Program-made: the position numbers and the translations under genes | Notes under the pieces: generated by a model | Databases searched by the model: none | What the model was told of the DNA's origin: nothing | The model's input: only the letters and a program-made list of their open reading frames with translations | Shown: in pieces, positions 40,051 through 53,500 of the stretch | Position numbering within the stretch: the stretch's first letter is position 1 | Layout: every line of letters begins with the position of its first letter | Source of the DNA: Octopus bimaculoides | Taxonomy: Eukaryota | Length of the DNA stretch: 64,000 bases | Assembly (NCBI RefSeq): GCF_001194135.2 | Contig: NC_068985.1 | Coordinates: 22,350,745 to 22,414,744 of the forward strand | Direction: 5' to 3'

Positions 40051-43000
40051 TATGTGTGTGTGTGTGTGTGTGTATTTGTGTGTGACTGGAAATGTAACTT
40101 TTATTCCATGGCAGTCACATTACACTATTTTATATGTGCTGGATTTTCCTGTTTTATTTAATCTCTTAATGACTATGAATCAGTTTGTATGTGGGCACTC
40201 GACCTGCTGAAAATGATAGCTATGTCACCCTTATATCACACACCATTCTGTGAAAAATGGAAAGGGCATATTAGATAATTTGATAGTGTATCTACACTCT
40301 ATTGTGGGGGGGGGGGATGAATACTCAGAATGATTGATTATGGCTGAATATCTTTGATCAGAGTCGACCTGGAGCTTAACACAACAAAAACTTAATTATT
40401 TTGGAAAATATTTTTTCTTTACTTTTATTTTTGTAAATTATAATGAAATAAGACACCTTAGATACAAGAAACGAATTGATTATTAAATGTTTTATCTTTT
40501 ATATTTTTATAGGTGATTATGTCACTCAGAATACCTTATCACAAATAATTCCTGTAGATCTGGGTAAAGACTTTGAGATCAAAAATGATGTAAATATATT
40601 ATAATTTTCTTTTTGTACCTCTCATGAAATTTCCTTAATTATGATTAGTAACCTAACTAGATATCCAATTCTTGAACAAATCTGAAATGCTCTATTGAAT
40701 CTATATTTTTATAAAAATATATGAACAAGAACTAGGGTCTCCTATATTGGAAAATATAGGATGATGATACCCTTGAGTAATAAGACAATGATTTGAGATT
40801 ATACACTGTCCCATTTTACAAAATCATATAGACTGATAATTGACTATGTTTACTTAATAACCACTGAAAGCAATACATAAATGTCTCTGTTACCCTGTTT
40901 TTGTGGTAGATTGAATCTGTCACCACCGTCAGGTACTTGGGTGTTTTAAGAGAGGTCCAATCTGTTGCAAACATTTGAAGGTCTTGAATCAACAGATAAT
41001 AGATTCACTCGTGTAAAGTGAATCATGTTTTTTCTTGTTGTCTTTTTCTTCCATCTTTAACCAGTCACAGAGGCCTTATAAACAACCATCTGCATTGTCT
41101 TACTTTCTATAGCTGAGCTATGTGAAAAATATAAAAAATTGTGGACAAATAACTTTAACCCTTTAGCATTTAAACTGGCCATATCCAGCCCAAATATTCT
41201 ACCTAGTTTATGTTCAGACTGGCCATATGTGGCCTCTCACATCCAGCTGACAATTTCATTACAGAAGTAAACAATCACATCATCAAAATCTTGAAGCTTC
41301 AAGATAATGCATGATTGATTCAAAACAATATGAATAAAGAAGCATTACATTAAACAGAGTAATCTGAATGCTAAAGGGTTAATGCTATGTTTTCTATTTA
41401 CATACCATTTTTTAGATATTTATTTTCTCACTAATATTGTTTTGAAATTTTATTTTTAAATGTGTGAGTGTTAAAGGCTGATAGTAAACTTCCAGAAAAC
41501 TGAGCTGGATATGTTGCAAGGTACTTTATAAATGTTTTGATAAGGAAGTAGAAAGATAAAAAAGCGATGACTCAGTTTCTAGTTGAACTAGTTCTCTTCA
41601 CTCACTTTGTGCACTTGTGATGTGGTGACACAACAACCCATTGGTGAATGGTGGGTGGTACATAACATTTTCAATTTGATAGGTGAAATGAATATATACA
41701 TCAATCTCACTGGACTAAGAAGATCTGGGAAGGCCATGAGCACTGCACCATCCTCCAGCCCCAACAAGTAAAAATAAAATAAAATTTTACTGGGCATTCC
41801 TTGGGTAGTAACGACAAGGGTTGTAGTTGATCTGATCAACAGAACACCCTGTTCATGAAAATAATGTGCAAGTGGCTGAGCACTCCACAAACACTTGTAC
41901 CTTTAACCCTTTAAGGCTGGGTATAAATAGCAAGTCTTTTTGTGCGGGATGCAAAAAAAGGCTAAAAAATACAAGATAATAATCAATCAAATAGCTTATA
42001 ATGGAAATGTGGCTTATATACCACGCTTGTCTTCTTCAGAATTTAGCAGTGTGTCAATAAGCCACACCTGTCCTCTGTGGAAGAAAGCATTTTGTGTCAA
42101 TAAGCCACACTTGAACTTAAAGGGTTAACATAATTTTCAGGGAGATTCAGCATGACACAAAATGTGACAAAGCTTGTCCTTTGAATTTCAGATACAACTA
42201 ATTTTTGCCAACTGAATAAGCCAGACCCAGCAAGTAAAAAGAAAATAAATTACTGGGGATGAATAAAGTCAATTTGTTTGAGTACACTACTTAATAAGTA
42301 CCAATTTCATTGACCTCAGAAGAACAAAAATTTAAGTAAAGGCTGTTGAAATGTGAACAGAAAATGCCGGGAAATATAATAAACTAGTGTACGACCTGTA
42401 GTTTAACCTTCTGCTTTAAATAGTGTTGTTGTAATAGTTGGCACAAAGTTGTATTCAAGCAAATTTACTTCAGTGTACTAGAGATATTTTGTTTATTGAC
42501 CTCAAAGTAATAAAAAAGAAGCAGTGGTGACTTCATCAAGATTTAAACATTTTGAGGTACACAGTTTTGGGGAACACAAATTCTTGGTGGTCCTTTTAGT
42601 CTGGCCCTCTACCATTTATGTCGTTACCTTTTACTGACCAGTTTAATGAGACAAAAGCCTTTAGGTTGTAAGTTATTTATTTATTAACTGTTGATTTTAT
42701 AATTATTGTGGTTTTAGCACTAACACCAGTTTAATGACTGGCACAAATAAGACCACCACATGTTGCAATATGAAGGTTTTGAAAGAGTAAGCACACTGCT
42801 TCATCAGTTGTGCAGGTTAACAAAAGATTTGCTCAGGTCTTAGGTAGAGAGGTGTGTTTGAAAAATATATTGCAGTCTTCACCCAATACCATACATTCAG
42901 CAAAAAGCCTGCAACTTGTTCTGGGAGATGCTGGGTGGGAGTACAAAAGATGCATCTCCCAGGACCCTAAAATGGATCCAGAGGGAACAACCATTAGTGA

Positions 43001-44528
43001 TTGAAAATTTTGCTACTGATAGGACCCAATGGAGGACCACTTTCTCAGGAATAGCAGGTGAAGATGGATGGATAGATTTTATAATTGTTATTTTTATAAT
43101 ATGATTATCTTTGTTGTTGCTTTGTTATTTTAAAACTATTCACATTTGAAGATTTTTTTTTCCAAATTTTTCTCTTAACAGAAAATCTCAATTAGTTTCA
43201 ATGGAAAAACTGGTCGTATGCAAGGAATTTCCAACCTTGAAAGTAAGGTATCAGCATCTGTGGCACAGGATTATTATTATTATATTGGCCATCCTGGTAA
43301 CAACTCCGACACTAATACTCAAGCTTCCAACAATTATATTTTCAGACCTTTAAACAACACACCATCTAGTGTGAATTACTTGATGCCTGTGAAGAGTCAC
43401 ATAGTAAAAGTAAGTTACATTTCAATAAATTCCTTAGATGGATTCTTATGCATGAGACATTTATATAAACACAGAGTGCTTGGAGAGTACGGATGTAGGT
43501 ATGAGATGTTTTAGTAGAGCCGTTTTGGCATCACCTATTTGGTGTTGTTGATTTGATATAGTCTTGATATCAGATCAGGGGCTGGGACAAGTTTTTAACT
43601 AGTTATCCCTAATTGTGGAAGGAACCTGTGGAAGAGATAGACCTAGGAAGACATGAGATGAGGTGGTGAAGCATGACCTTCAAACACAGGCTTTAAAGAA
43701 AAAAGGCACTGGGGTTGATTCATTCAACTAAAATCCTTCAAGGTGATGCCCCAGTGTGGCCACAGTCTAATGACTGAAACAAGTAAAAGATAAAAGATAT
43801 TCATTTCATAACTTTTGCAAATTTGGTGGAAATAACTTTCAACATGTTTTGAATTTTCTTCCTTTCCGAAAATGGCTTCATCAATAATATTTCATATGTT
43901 ACAAGTCAAAAACATCAGATCATTGGTTATTGTCCATTTTCTATGTAGACATGGGTTGGGTAGTTTGACTGGATCCAATGAGCTGCAGAGCATCAGGCTG
44001 CACTGTCAGCTTTGGCATGGTTCCTATGACTGGATGCCATTCAGAGTATCATCTACTTTGCTGTGTGTACTGGAAATGCTTTTTGAGTGATACCAGCACA
44101 AGCAAGGTTACTGAGTAACTTGCAAAGCAAGGAAAAGAAATATATTTGAGAGAGGGGCAGGTGGCTTTATGTGTTGAAGAAGGTATTCATGTACATAATT
44201 TTTGCTTTACAACGCCAAACTCTATAGAAAAGAAGGCTTGGGAGAATTAACAAGATATTCTTATGGATGAGACATCTCAACTATGCTAATATTGTTTTAT
44301 TTTCAAATAATAACCTTTCCTTTATCGTATTCTTTCATTCTTATACTTGTTTCATTCTGGGTTTAGTCAATCAAATTGATCCCAGTACTATATTAAGTCT
44401 GGCACGTATTCTGTTAGTCTTTTTTTGCTGAATTGCTAAGTCATAAGGGCACAAATAAATTAATACCAGTTACTAGGCAGTAAGAGACACAAAAACATGC
44501 ATGAATGCAAATACACTGACATTTTCTC

Positions 44529-44564
<36 letters not shown>

Positions 44565-47500
44565 TCGCACTCACTCATTCATTTGTGAATGATAATAATT
44601 CATGAGGTGCATGTAGAACAATGAAAATCCAAACAATAATGTATCTATTTATTCTTAATATATTCTGGCAGAATGTGAATATCTGATTGCTGTTGTTTCT
44701 CATCATCAGCAAACACCTTCTCTCTTTAGATCGGTGGTTCTCAACCATTTTTTGCTTATCGACTCCTTTGATTTCTGAGAAATCAAGATAAAGTTATTGT
44801 TAGATTATATTAATTGAAAGTTATGTTGATTTAATTCTTCCCGAATGATTTTCTTTTTACAGGGACCACTTGTTCAAGAAGTTCATCAAGTATTCTGCCC
44901 TTGGATTACTCAAGTTATACGACTATATAAATCTAACAATTTTGCCGAAGTTGAATGGACTGCTGGATCAATCCCCATTCAGTGAGGAATTCTATTTATA
45001 AAAGTTTATTCATTACAAGGGATTTTTTTCATATTCATTTCCTCAGTACCCCCTGACTGGCCCCGTTGCCAGTACCCACTGACTGGCCTTCATGCCGGTG
45101 GCATGTAAAAGCACCCACTACACTCTCTGAGTGGTTGGCGTTAGGAAGAGCATCCAGCTGTAGAAACTCTGCCAAATCAGATTGGAGCCTGGTGTAGCCA
45201 TCTGGTTTTCACCAGTCCTCAGTCAAATCGTCCAACCCATGCTAGCATGGAAAGCAGACGTTAAACGATGATGATGATGATGATGATGATGCTAATTTAG
45301 AAGAAATAACAACATTAAAAATGTTTTGGATTTTTTTTTTTCTGAAATAATAATCACAATAATCGTTATTATTTAGTGTCGGTTTTGCATACTGTCATGG
45401 ACTGGACAGCTTGACATGATTAGGTAGGTCAGAGGCCTGTGTTGTGATCTAAATATAAAGAAGAGGAAAGATCTGAGGATAGAGTCCTAGTGTACTTTTA
45501 CTTGTCCTAATTCTGGACTGAACTTTTATGTCCTACCATTTCTATGCATAGTTTGAACTACTCCCATGAGCCATTTATTTCATATATGCTACTTTGATAA
45601 AAAAAAATGCCAGTAAATTGAAAGAAACAAAAAACATAGACATCATCATCATTTAATATCTGTTGTCCATGGGTTGGACAGCTTGACCAGGGCTGGTAAT
45701 GTGAGGGTCTGCACCAGACTCCAGTCTGATTTGGCATGGTTTCAAAGGGTTGGATGCTCTTCGTAATGCCAACCACTCTGAGAGTGTAATTGGCATAGAT
45801 TAGATGAGTCTTTTCTACTCTTTTAGATGCATTGGGGAACCATATCTCACTAATAAGTTTCATTTTTGGCTTGATTTGTGTTGTTTTCTTATTGCCAACC
45901 ACTTTACAGAGTGTACTGAGGGCATTTTTGTTTGTGGCACTAGCACTACAGAACCTGTTATGTCTTTGACAAAACTAAAGTATCCTCCAAACCCTACTCT
46001 TAGCAGAGTGATCCCATTATTTGATAACTTTAACTGTTGTCATATTAATGCAAATACATTGTGAAAGACAAATTTAATGTGGTATTAAATCCTCATCATC
46101 ATTTAACGTCTGTTTTCCATGCTGGCATGGGTTGGATGGCTTGACAGGAACTAGCAAACCAGGGTCCACACCAGGTTCCAGTCTATTTTGGCTTGGTTAC
46201 TACAGCTGGATGCCCTTTCTAAAGTCAACCACTTTACAAAGTGTACTGGTGCATTTTATGTGACACCAGCCCCAATGGTTTTTATATGACACCAGCACCA
46301 GTGCTTATTATGTGGCACCATCACCAGTGCTTTCTACATGGCCCCATCACCAGTGCTTTTTACATGGCACCATCACCAGTGCTTTTTATGTGGAACCAGC
46401 ACCTGTGCTTTTTATGTGGAACCAGCACCTGTGCTTTTTACATGGCCCCATCACCAGTGCTTTTTATGTGGAACCATCACTAGTGCTTTTTATGTGGAAC
46501 CATCACTAGTGCTTTTTACATGGCCCCATCATCAGTGCTTTTTATGTGGAACCAGCACCTGTGCTTTTTATGTGGCACCATCACCAGTGCTCTTTATGTG
46601 GAACCAGCCTCTCATGGATGATTTTCATCAGCCTCCAATAAATTATGTTCTTAAACATAGCACCACAGTTAATTTGCATTTCATGATGTCTTTACATTAA
46701 GTCTGATAGATAGATGGCTGTCATCTTCTAATACTGCTTCTGTTGTACGTAACAGATTTTAACAGTTGTATTTTGGTGATAGCTTTTAAATTTGTTTTTA
46801 TTTTCTCTTACATTCACCATTTATTTAGTCTATCTCCACCTAATTCTTATAACATTTGTTTACAGTGACAATAAAGGAAAAGAAATAGTTGTTTCATATC
46901 AAACTAATCTTAAGACAAACAACTTGTTCTATACTGATGCAAATGGAAGACAAATTATGGAGAGAAAGTGAGTACTAGACATTTTTAATGTATCTTCAAT
47001 ATTTACTCTTTTCCTTTTTATTATGTGATTAAGTATTTTCTATGACCTACCAAATGTTTAGTTTGGTGACAAATATTCACTATAATAACTATATACTGTG
47101 GGATTACCAATCAGACTCTTAATACATTCTGTCCAAATATTTACTGTAGATAATTAAATGTTTACTCTAACTCTACTTGCTAAATAAAATACTCATAGTT
47201 TTGACTGGAATCCTAACAATATCATTGCTATTAATTTGCATTCATGTTACATTAAAAGAAAGGAAAGCAAGTCAACAAGGTAACTCACTCTGTTAGAAAT
47301 AGTAACCAAGTCTCCTCTAAACCAGGAACAAATGTCTTACTGAAAAGGAGATGCATGGCTTTTCTAACTGGAAAGAGAGAAAGAAGAAAAAGAAAGAGAG
47401 AGAGAGAGGCAGTGAGGGCATATTCTCAAAATATAAGGTAATTATGAAAGATAGAACAGAGACAGAGCACCATAAAAGGGTGAGTAGGTTGGTAAGTTTG

Positions 47501-50500
47501 TAAGAGTGTGGAAAGAGTAACAGATGATTAGAGATGGAGATCGAGGTGAATGCAGTGGATATCAGTTTGGGATGGGGAGTGAAGGAAACAAGATTCACAC
47601 ACACGTGTGTGTGCATGTTTTTTTTTCCTTTTCACTTGCTGGAGGAAGGGGCTGTACCTGTGGTCTTTGCAAGCTCTTTTATACCAATAAAATTGATGCT
47701 ATTTATGCTCATTTTGAATTTTTGAGAAGCCAATATCTGCAGGAAAGACATGAGCATGGTAATAATTTCAGAGGGCAGATGTTCTGGGAAGGAAAGAATG
47801 ACGCCTAGGGTTGGACATCACATGGATGATGAGAGGAAAAGAGATGAGCATACCTGTAGGGAGGTGGCAAGCACCCACCCAGTTCCAAGGATCAGAGATC
47901 ATTATAGCAGTGGTAGGAAAGGCAGAGAAAGGAGACAGAACACTTGTGGAGCAGAAGTTGGAGTATATCTGTGAGTGATTTTATTGCAGTCAGTCAGGTG
48001 ACCCTTTTCTGGATGAGGTTGAGCATGTCTGTGTGTGCAGCAATAGTGTTACCCCATATGTGAAAGCAATACTATATGTGCGTATGTTGAGATTCATCTG
48101 TTTTATTTAAAAAAATGTATTTGTTGGTATTCTGTTAGATATTTTAAAGGTAATTCTTTCTTATCTTATGCATTCGTCCATACTACAAAAGCCAGCTTTC
48201 CATAGTTGAATCTACACAGAAATTTCTGTGGTTACATGATCAGGTCAAGTAACCTGATCGGCTATTTTCTTTTAATAAACTTGACTTTTAAATACCAACT
48301 ACATGTAATTAAGGACATCCAGTTCCTATATGGGAATGGAAGAGGAGGGTGAGAGTGGACAGAGATGTGTGCACTAATGGTAGTAATATTTTTCTTTGAT
48401 AATTGCTATAATATAACTGGTACATTATTTCATGTATGTAGGGTTATGGGAAAAAAAACAAAGTACATTAATGAATTAATAAAGAGAATTCCTTTATTAT
48501 TTTTAATATATTTTATTTTCACTGCAGACTTAATTACCGACCTACCTGGACTCTAAAAAATTCTGAACCTATTGCTGGCAATTATTATCCTGTCAACACC
48601 AAGATATTCATCAAAGTAAGTCATGGAAAATTGTTAATCTCATTTTTTGGTTAACTCTTTGTCTTTAAATGAGTATGTGTTTGCATTTTGGTAACTAGAT
48701 CAAGAAATTCATATCAAGATTTGATGCTAGTGCCTAAGCAGAGATATAGGCAATTCTCAGTAGGCATAAGGACTGAATGGTATTAAGTCACTCCAAAACA
48801 TTTCACAGATGTTTTCTCCTCTCTCTATATATTTTGCTATATCACAGTTGTCTCTGATCCTCAGGGTTGATTGGTCTTGTGCCATCTTCAGCCAGACACT
48901 TATGACTCACCTGTCTCTCCCTCTTCTTGTCATCCACACTGTAACCACATATGCATAGGCCCCATATTAACTACTATGCTCAAGTCTTCCTTCCCAGAAT
49001 GTTGGTTCTCTAAAATTCCTTTCAAAGTATGGCTAGCAAGAAATTTGGCGGCAGATATGGAAATAAGGTCTATAAAAAGCTTTTGTATTTTGGTTGATAG
49101 ATGACTGTAGTCTTTTTATGGTTGATGGTTATTCCAAAGGACTTAGCTGCTTTTAGCTACAAGGCACCTCATGTCATTCACTGAGTGTTACAAGAGTATC
49201 AGCATAAGAAAATAAGAGTTTGCCAAAAAAATGCTTTTTTCAATTCTGTATGTGTATGGAACTTTTGGAGACAGTGCTTCTCAAGGAAATAGTCCTGGAA
49301 AGCAACCCAGAGAAAAGCTTAAGAAATTGACAAATAATATTGTGACATTGTTCTCAGGAAACCTTCATTGGTGTTGTTTTAAGATATAAAGTGTACTGAA
49401 AGATCATGTGTGATCAGGATGTGACTCCAGGCCAGTGGCAAAGACGGAATTATTCCAAGCATAGATACACATCTTTAAGCACATACATGTGCAACTTGTA
49501 GATTACTGCTCATACTTGAATACATAATCTGCTGAATAAAGTTCTGTGAAAGGAATATTTTTAGTTTATATATGTATAAGCAAGGTTAAATATTTTTAGT
49601 ATTACTTACAAAATATATTATCACACATGTATTCAATTAGATATTTGTATAAAAAGTTTTATATACATATTTTCTATTTTCAAACTACCTGTTTTGCTGT
49701 GTTATGTTGTGTAATCCATGGGAAAACTTAGGATTGATTTAGGAACATAGTTCCAGTTTGGGATCAAGTATCCTCTTTCTTTATAATAGAGCATTTGCTA
49801 CAAGTTCAACTTGTATGGCATCATATGCATATAATAATTGAATTTAATCATTTGTTGCTTCAGATCTTTTACAAACCAAGCAACTGAAATTATTGAATAC
49901 AAAATTGTGTTGTCTTTTCTAGGATGTCATGAAAGATGTTCAGTTCACTGTTCTGACTGACCGTTCTCAAGGAGGCAGCAGTTTAAGAGATGGACATGTT
50001 GAACTTATGGTATGTTTACTTAAAGAAATTGTATCTTTTTTTATCAGGTTTTGAAATATAATGCTTTTTTGATATTATATTACTGATGGCTGTATCCTTT
50101 GTAAACTACATTTCTGTGCTTGAATGTCAGGTATAGTAAACCAGTGTCTTGAAAATTTGGTATACCATATAAATAACTCACTTTCATTAAAAACATATGT
50201 GGTATTTATTTAAGCCATTTGAAACTTTATTTGTAATTAAGTGGATTTGTAAAAGAACTAATATTTTAAAAGTATAACAGCTGATTTTGAAGTAAATGGA
50301 AGAAGTTTAAAGAATTGTTATGTTGCCAACAATATTTAAGTGAAAAAGACTTGTGACAGTATTGACTTAGTTTTTTCTTAAAAACAAAAAAAACTTAGAA
50401 GGTATGTTCATAATGAGGTAATAACTTTTCCCTTTTTTATAGTTACATCGTCGTCTTTTGTATGATGATGGTAGAGGTGTTGGTGAACCCTTAAACGAAA

Positions 50501-53500
50501 CTGGCGCTGATGGACATGGTCTGATAATTCGAGGTATGTACCTATACAGTTGATAAATGCATTTCAATGTTACATTTTTGTAAGAATCCACTGTTAAACA
50601 TTGCCTTCTGTTCTTTTTTAAACGAATGTAGTAAACGAAGATATTAGTAGACTTGATAGTTTTTATATAAAATCAAAAACTGTAGCATTTGCAAACTTTG
50701 TGTAACAGAAATAAAACTGCATTTAGTTAGATAAGTAACTGGTTTTCAAATACTGTTGCTGTGAATTCTGAGATAAGAAAGTTAATAAAGGACTAACAAT
50801 TCTTTAATGGCTTATAAAATATTAGTTTCAAATTTTGGCACAAGGCTAGCAATTTCGGGGGAGGGGTCAGTTGATTACAGTGACCCTAATGCTCAACTGG
50901 TACTTATTTTATCAAAGCTGAAAGGATGAAAGGCAAAGTTAGCTTTGGCAGAATTTGAATTCAGAACATAAAGACGAATGAGATGCCACTAGGTATTCTG
51001 CCCAGCATGCTAATAATTCTGCCAGATTGCTGCCTTAACCCTTTCGTTACCAACCTGACTGAAACCAGCTTTGGCTCTGAGTAAAAATGTCTTGTTTTCA
51101 TAAGTTTTGAATTAAAATCTTCCACCAAACCTTAGTCATAATTTATGTTCCTAACACTAGCTGAATGATAACTAAGTTATTTTACTAAATTCTTTGTTAT
51201 ATTTAAAGTAATTGAAAGAAACGCAGAGCATCTGAAAATAAATACAGTAACAAAAGGGTTAATGGATTATAAAATATTGTCATCAATCACTTCACAATGA
51301 TGATTTGGATTAGAGAATTCCTAAGTTGTAAATATGATATTATCAACACAGCTTGTTAAAAAAAATGTGCTGTCAGTAAAAAGTAGTCACAAGTGGAAGA
51401 CCTAAGAGATGAGAAGCAATTAGGTCAAGCCTCAAGATGCTCAGCCTCAGATAAAAATCTTATTTAGCCCTAGGACATTTCTGATCCAGCAGACTTGTAG
51501 TCAAAGACGTTCTTACTATAGCCATCCCATCTATTCCACTAGACAGTGCACCACATTCTCTGTGTCCTTTCCATTTTGAAGATATTATGAGAGAAATTTG
51601 GTTGTTACTTCTAGTAGGTCCTAAACATGTAGAGACTTTCCTGTTGGCCCAGAAGATCGAGATGAATGTTGATATGCTGAATGGCAGATCTATCCAACCC
51701 ATATCAGCATAGAAAAACAGATATTAAAACAATGATCATGATTTGTGGCTCTTAAAATCTTTGAATTTTATAATTCCAGGGAAACATCATCTGTATGTTG
51801 ACACAAAAGGAAACTCCACAATTTTCCACAGGCAACAGGCTATTGAGAACTTCTTACATCCAACAATAGCTTTTGCTGAACTGAGAATGACACCAAAGGA
51901 CTGGAAAGCTAAATTCAACACAGATGTAAGTTTATTTTCAAAATAGTGTATCTTGTTATATATATATATATATATACGATTTAAAAGAGTTCCAACTCAG
52001 TCTGTTTTTTATGTTTTATTTATATTCTTATAAAATTAATGTGGGATATGGAATATATAATATAAATAGTAAAATGAAATGAAGTATTGAATGTCTTATT
52101 GAATATATTAAATATATAAGGACTAGTATACTTTCCTGCCTCATGGCAGTCATCAAGGTCCTGTCTGACAGATATCCCACATTAATTTTATAAGAATATA
52201 AATAAAACATAAAAAACAGACAGAGTTGGAACTCTTTTAAATAATATATTCCTCTATACATGATCATACAAAACCCTTTTTTTGCACCAGTCCTCAGTCA
52301 AATCGTCCAACCCATGCTAGCTGGAAAGCGGACGTTAAACGATGATGATGATGATGATGAGATATATATATATATATATATACATACATACATAGGATAT
52401 TGCGGTAGTAATTTACTTGCAACATCGATGCTCTTTGTGTATACTATCAGAGTTTACTTGTCTTTCTAACTGATCTTCATACTAGTTAATACTGTTCATA
52501 AAACATTAGCTGACCACATATTTTTTTTTACTAGACCAAGCATTATACTTTTCTCACTTGATCTAAATCTTGGTATCTAACCACTTCTCAGATTATACCA
52601 GAAATATTTATACCAAATACCAGGTGTATTTCTGACTCAAAAGTACCTTCTTTTTGATCAGTTTTACAGATTTACTTCTCACTATCAATTCAGATATTTC
52701 TAACACCTTTACTACATACTCAACTTTCACGAAACTTCTGAGTGTTACATATTTGACTGACACAAATAACAACAGTAATAAGAATTTTTGTATCATTTTA
52801 GTGGGCAGCTATGAAGAGCAGTCTTCCTGGTAATGTGAACTTATTAACTCTACAGCAATGGGGTAAGGATACATTACTACTTCGTCTAGAACATGTCTTT
52901 GAGAAAGACGAAAGCACATTTTCAAAACCTGTGACAGTATCACTAAAGGTAATTATACTTTGTTGCATTTATTAATTTAAGGATTTTACATTAAAATTCC
53001 ATTTAACTTTATATTTTATTTTTATAATTAACAAAACATGATTGCTTAATGCGTGTTGATGGTACTCTGGGGACAATATGTTAAGAGTTCAATGGGTATC
53101 GAAGAACAGTGGCTAATATGACTTTTTTTTTAGTGCTTTTGTGTTATTTGAATGCATTAGTTTAGTTAGACAAGAAGATAAGCAAAAAGGAAATTCCAAT
53201 ATCTTTGGAAGTGAAAGAAGACAAAAAACATTTTACTGGTTACACTGTTTGAAAATGTTATATTAATTCTTTAATATATAGGAGTTTAGAAATAACCAGA
53301 AGAGCAATGACATGAAGACACACACCCACACTTATATGATTTTAATGTCCACTTTTCCATGCTTGCACAAGTTGGATGGAATTTGTTAAGGTTAGATTTT
53401 CTAGGGCAAGATGTCCTTCCTGTCAACAAGACCTCAACTGTCTCCAACTAATATAATATTTCCCTTTGACCAGACGTGTTTCTACAGAAGATTGGAAACA

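Noticed and set aside
39285-40161. Long ORFs in the track spanning N gaps and microsatellites (also ~20723-21281, 26646-27084, 37748-38270, 54368-54839)
   Set aside because: They are open only because of N runs or dinucleotide repeats.
40761-40836. Possible C/D box snoRNA (ATGATGA...CTGA) in intron 16
   Set aside because: No terminal stem and no recognisable guide; both boxes are common by chance in AT-rich DNA.
46245-46610. CRISPR-like array
   Set aside because: Eukaryotic intron; units are contiguous with no unique spacers and no cas genes.
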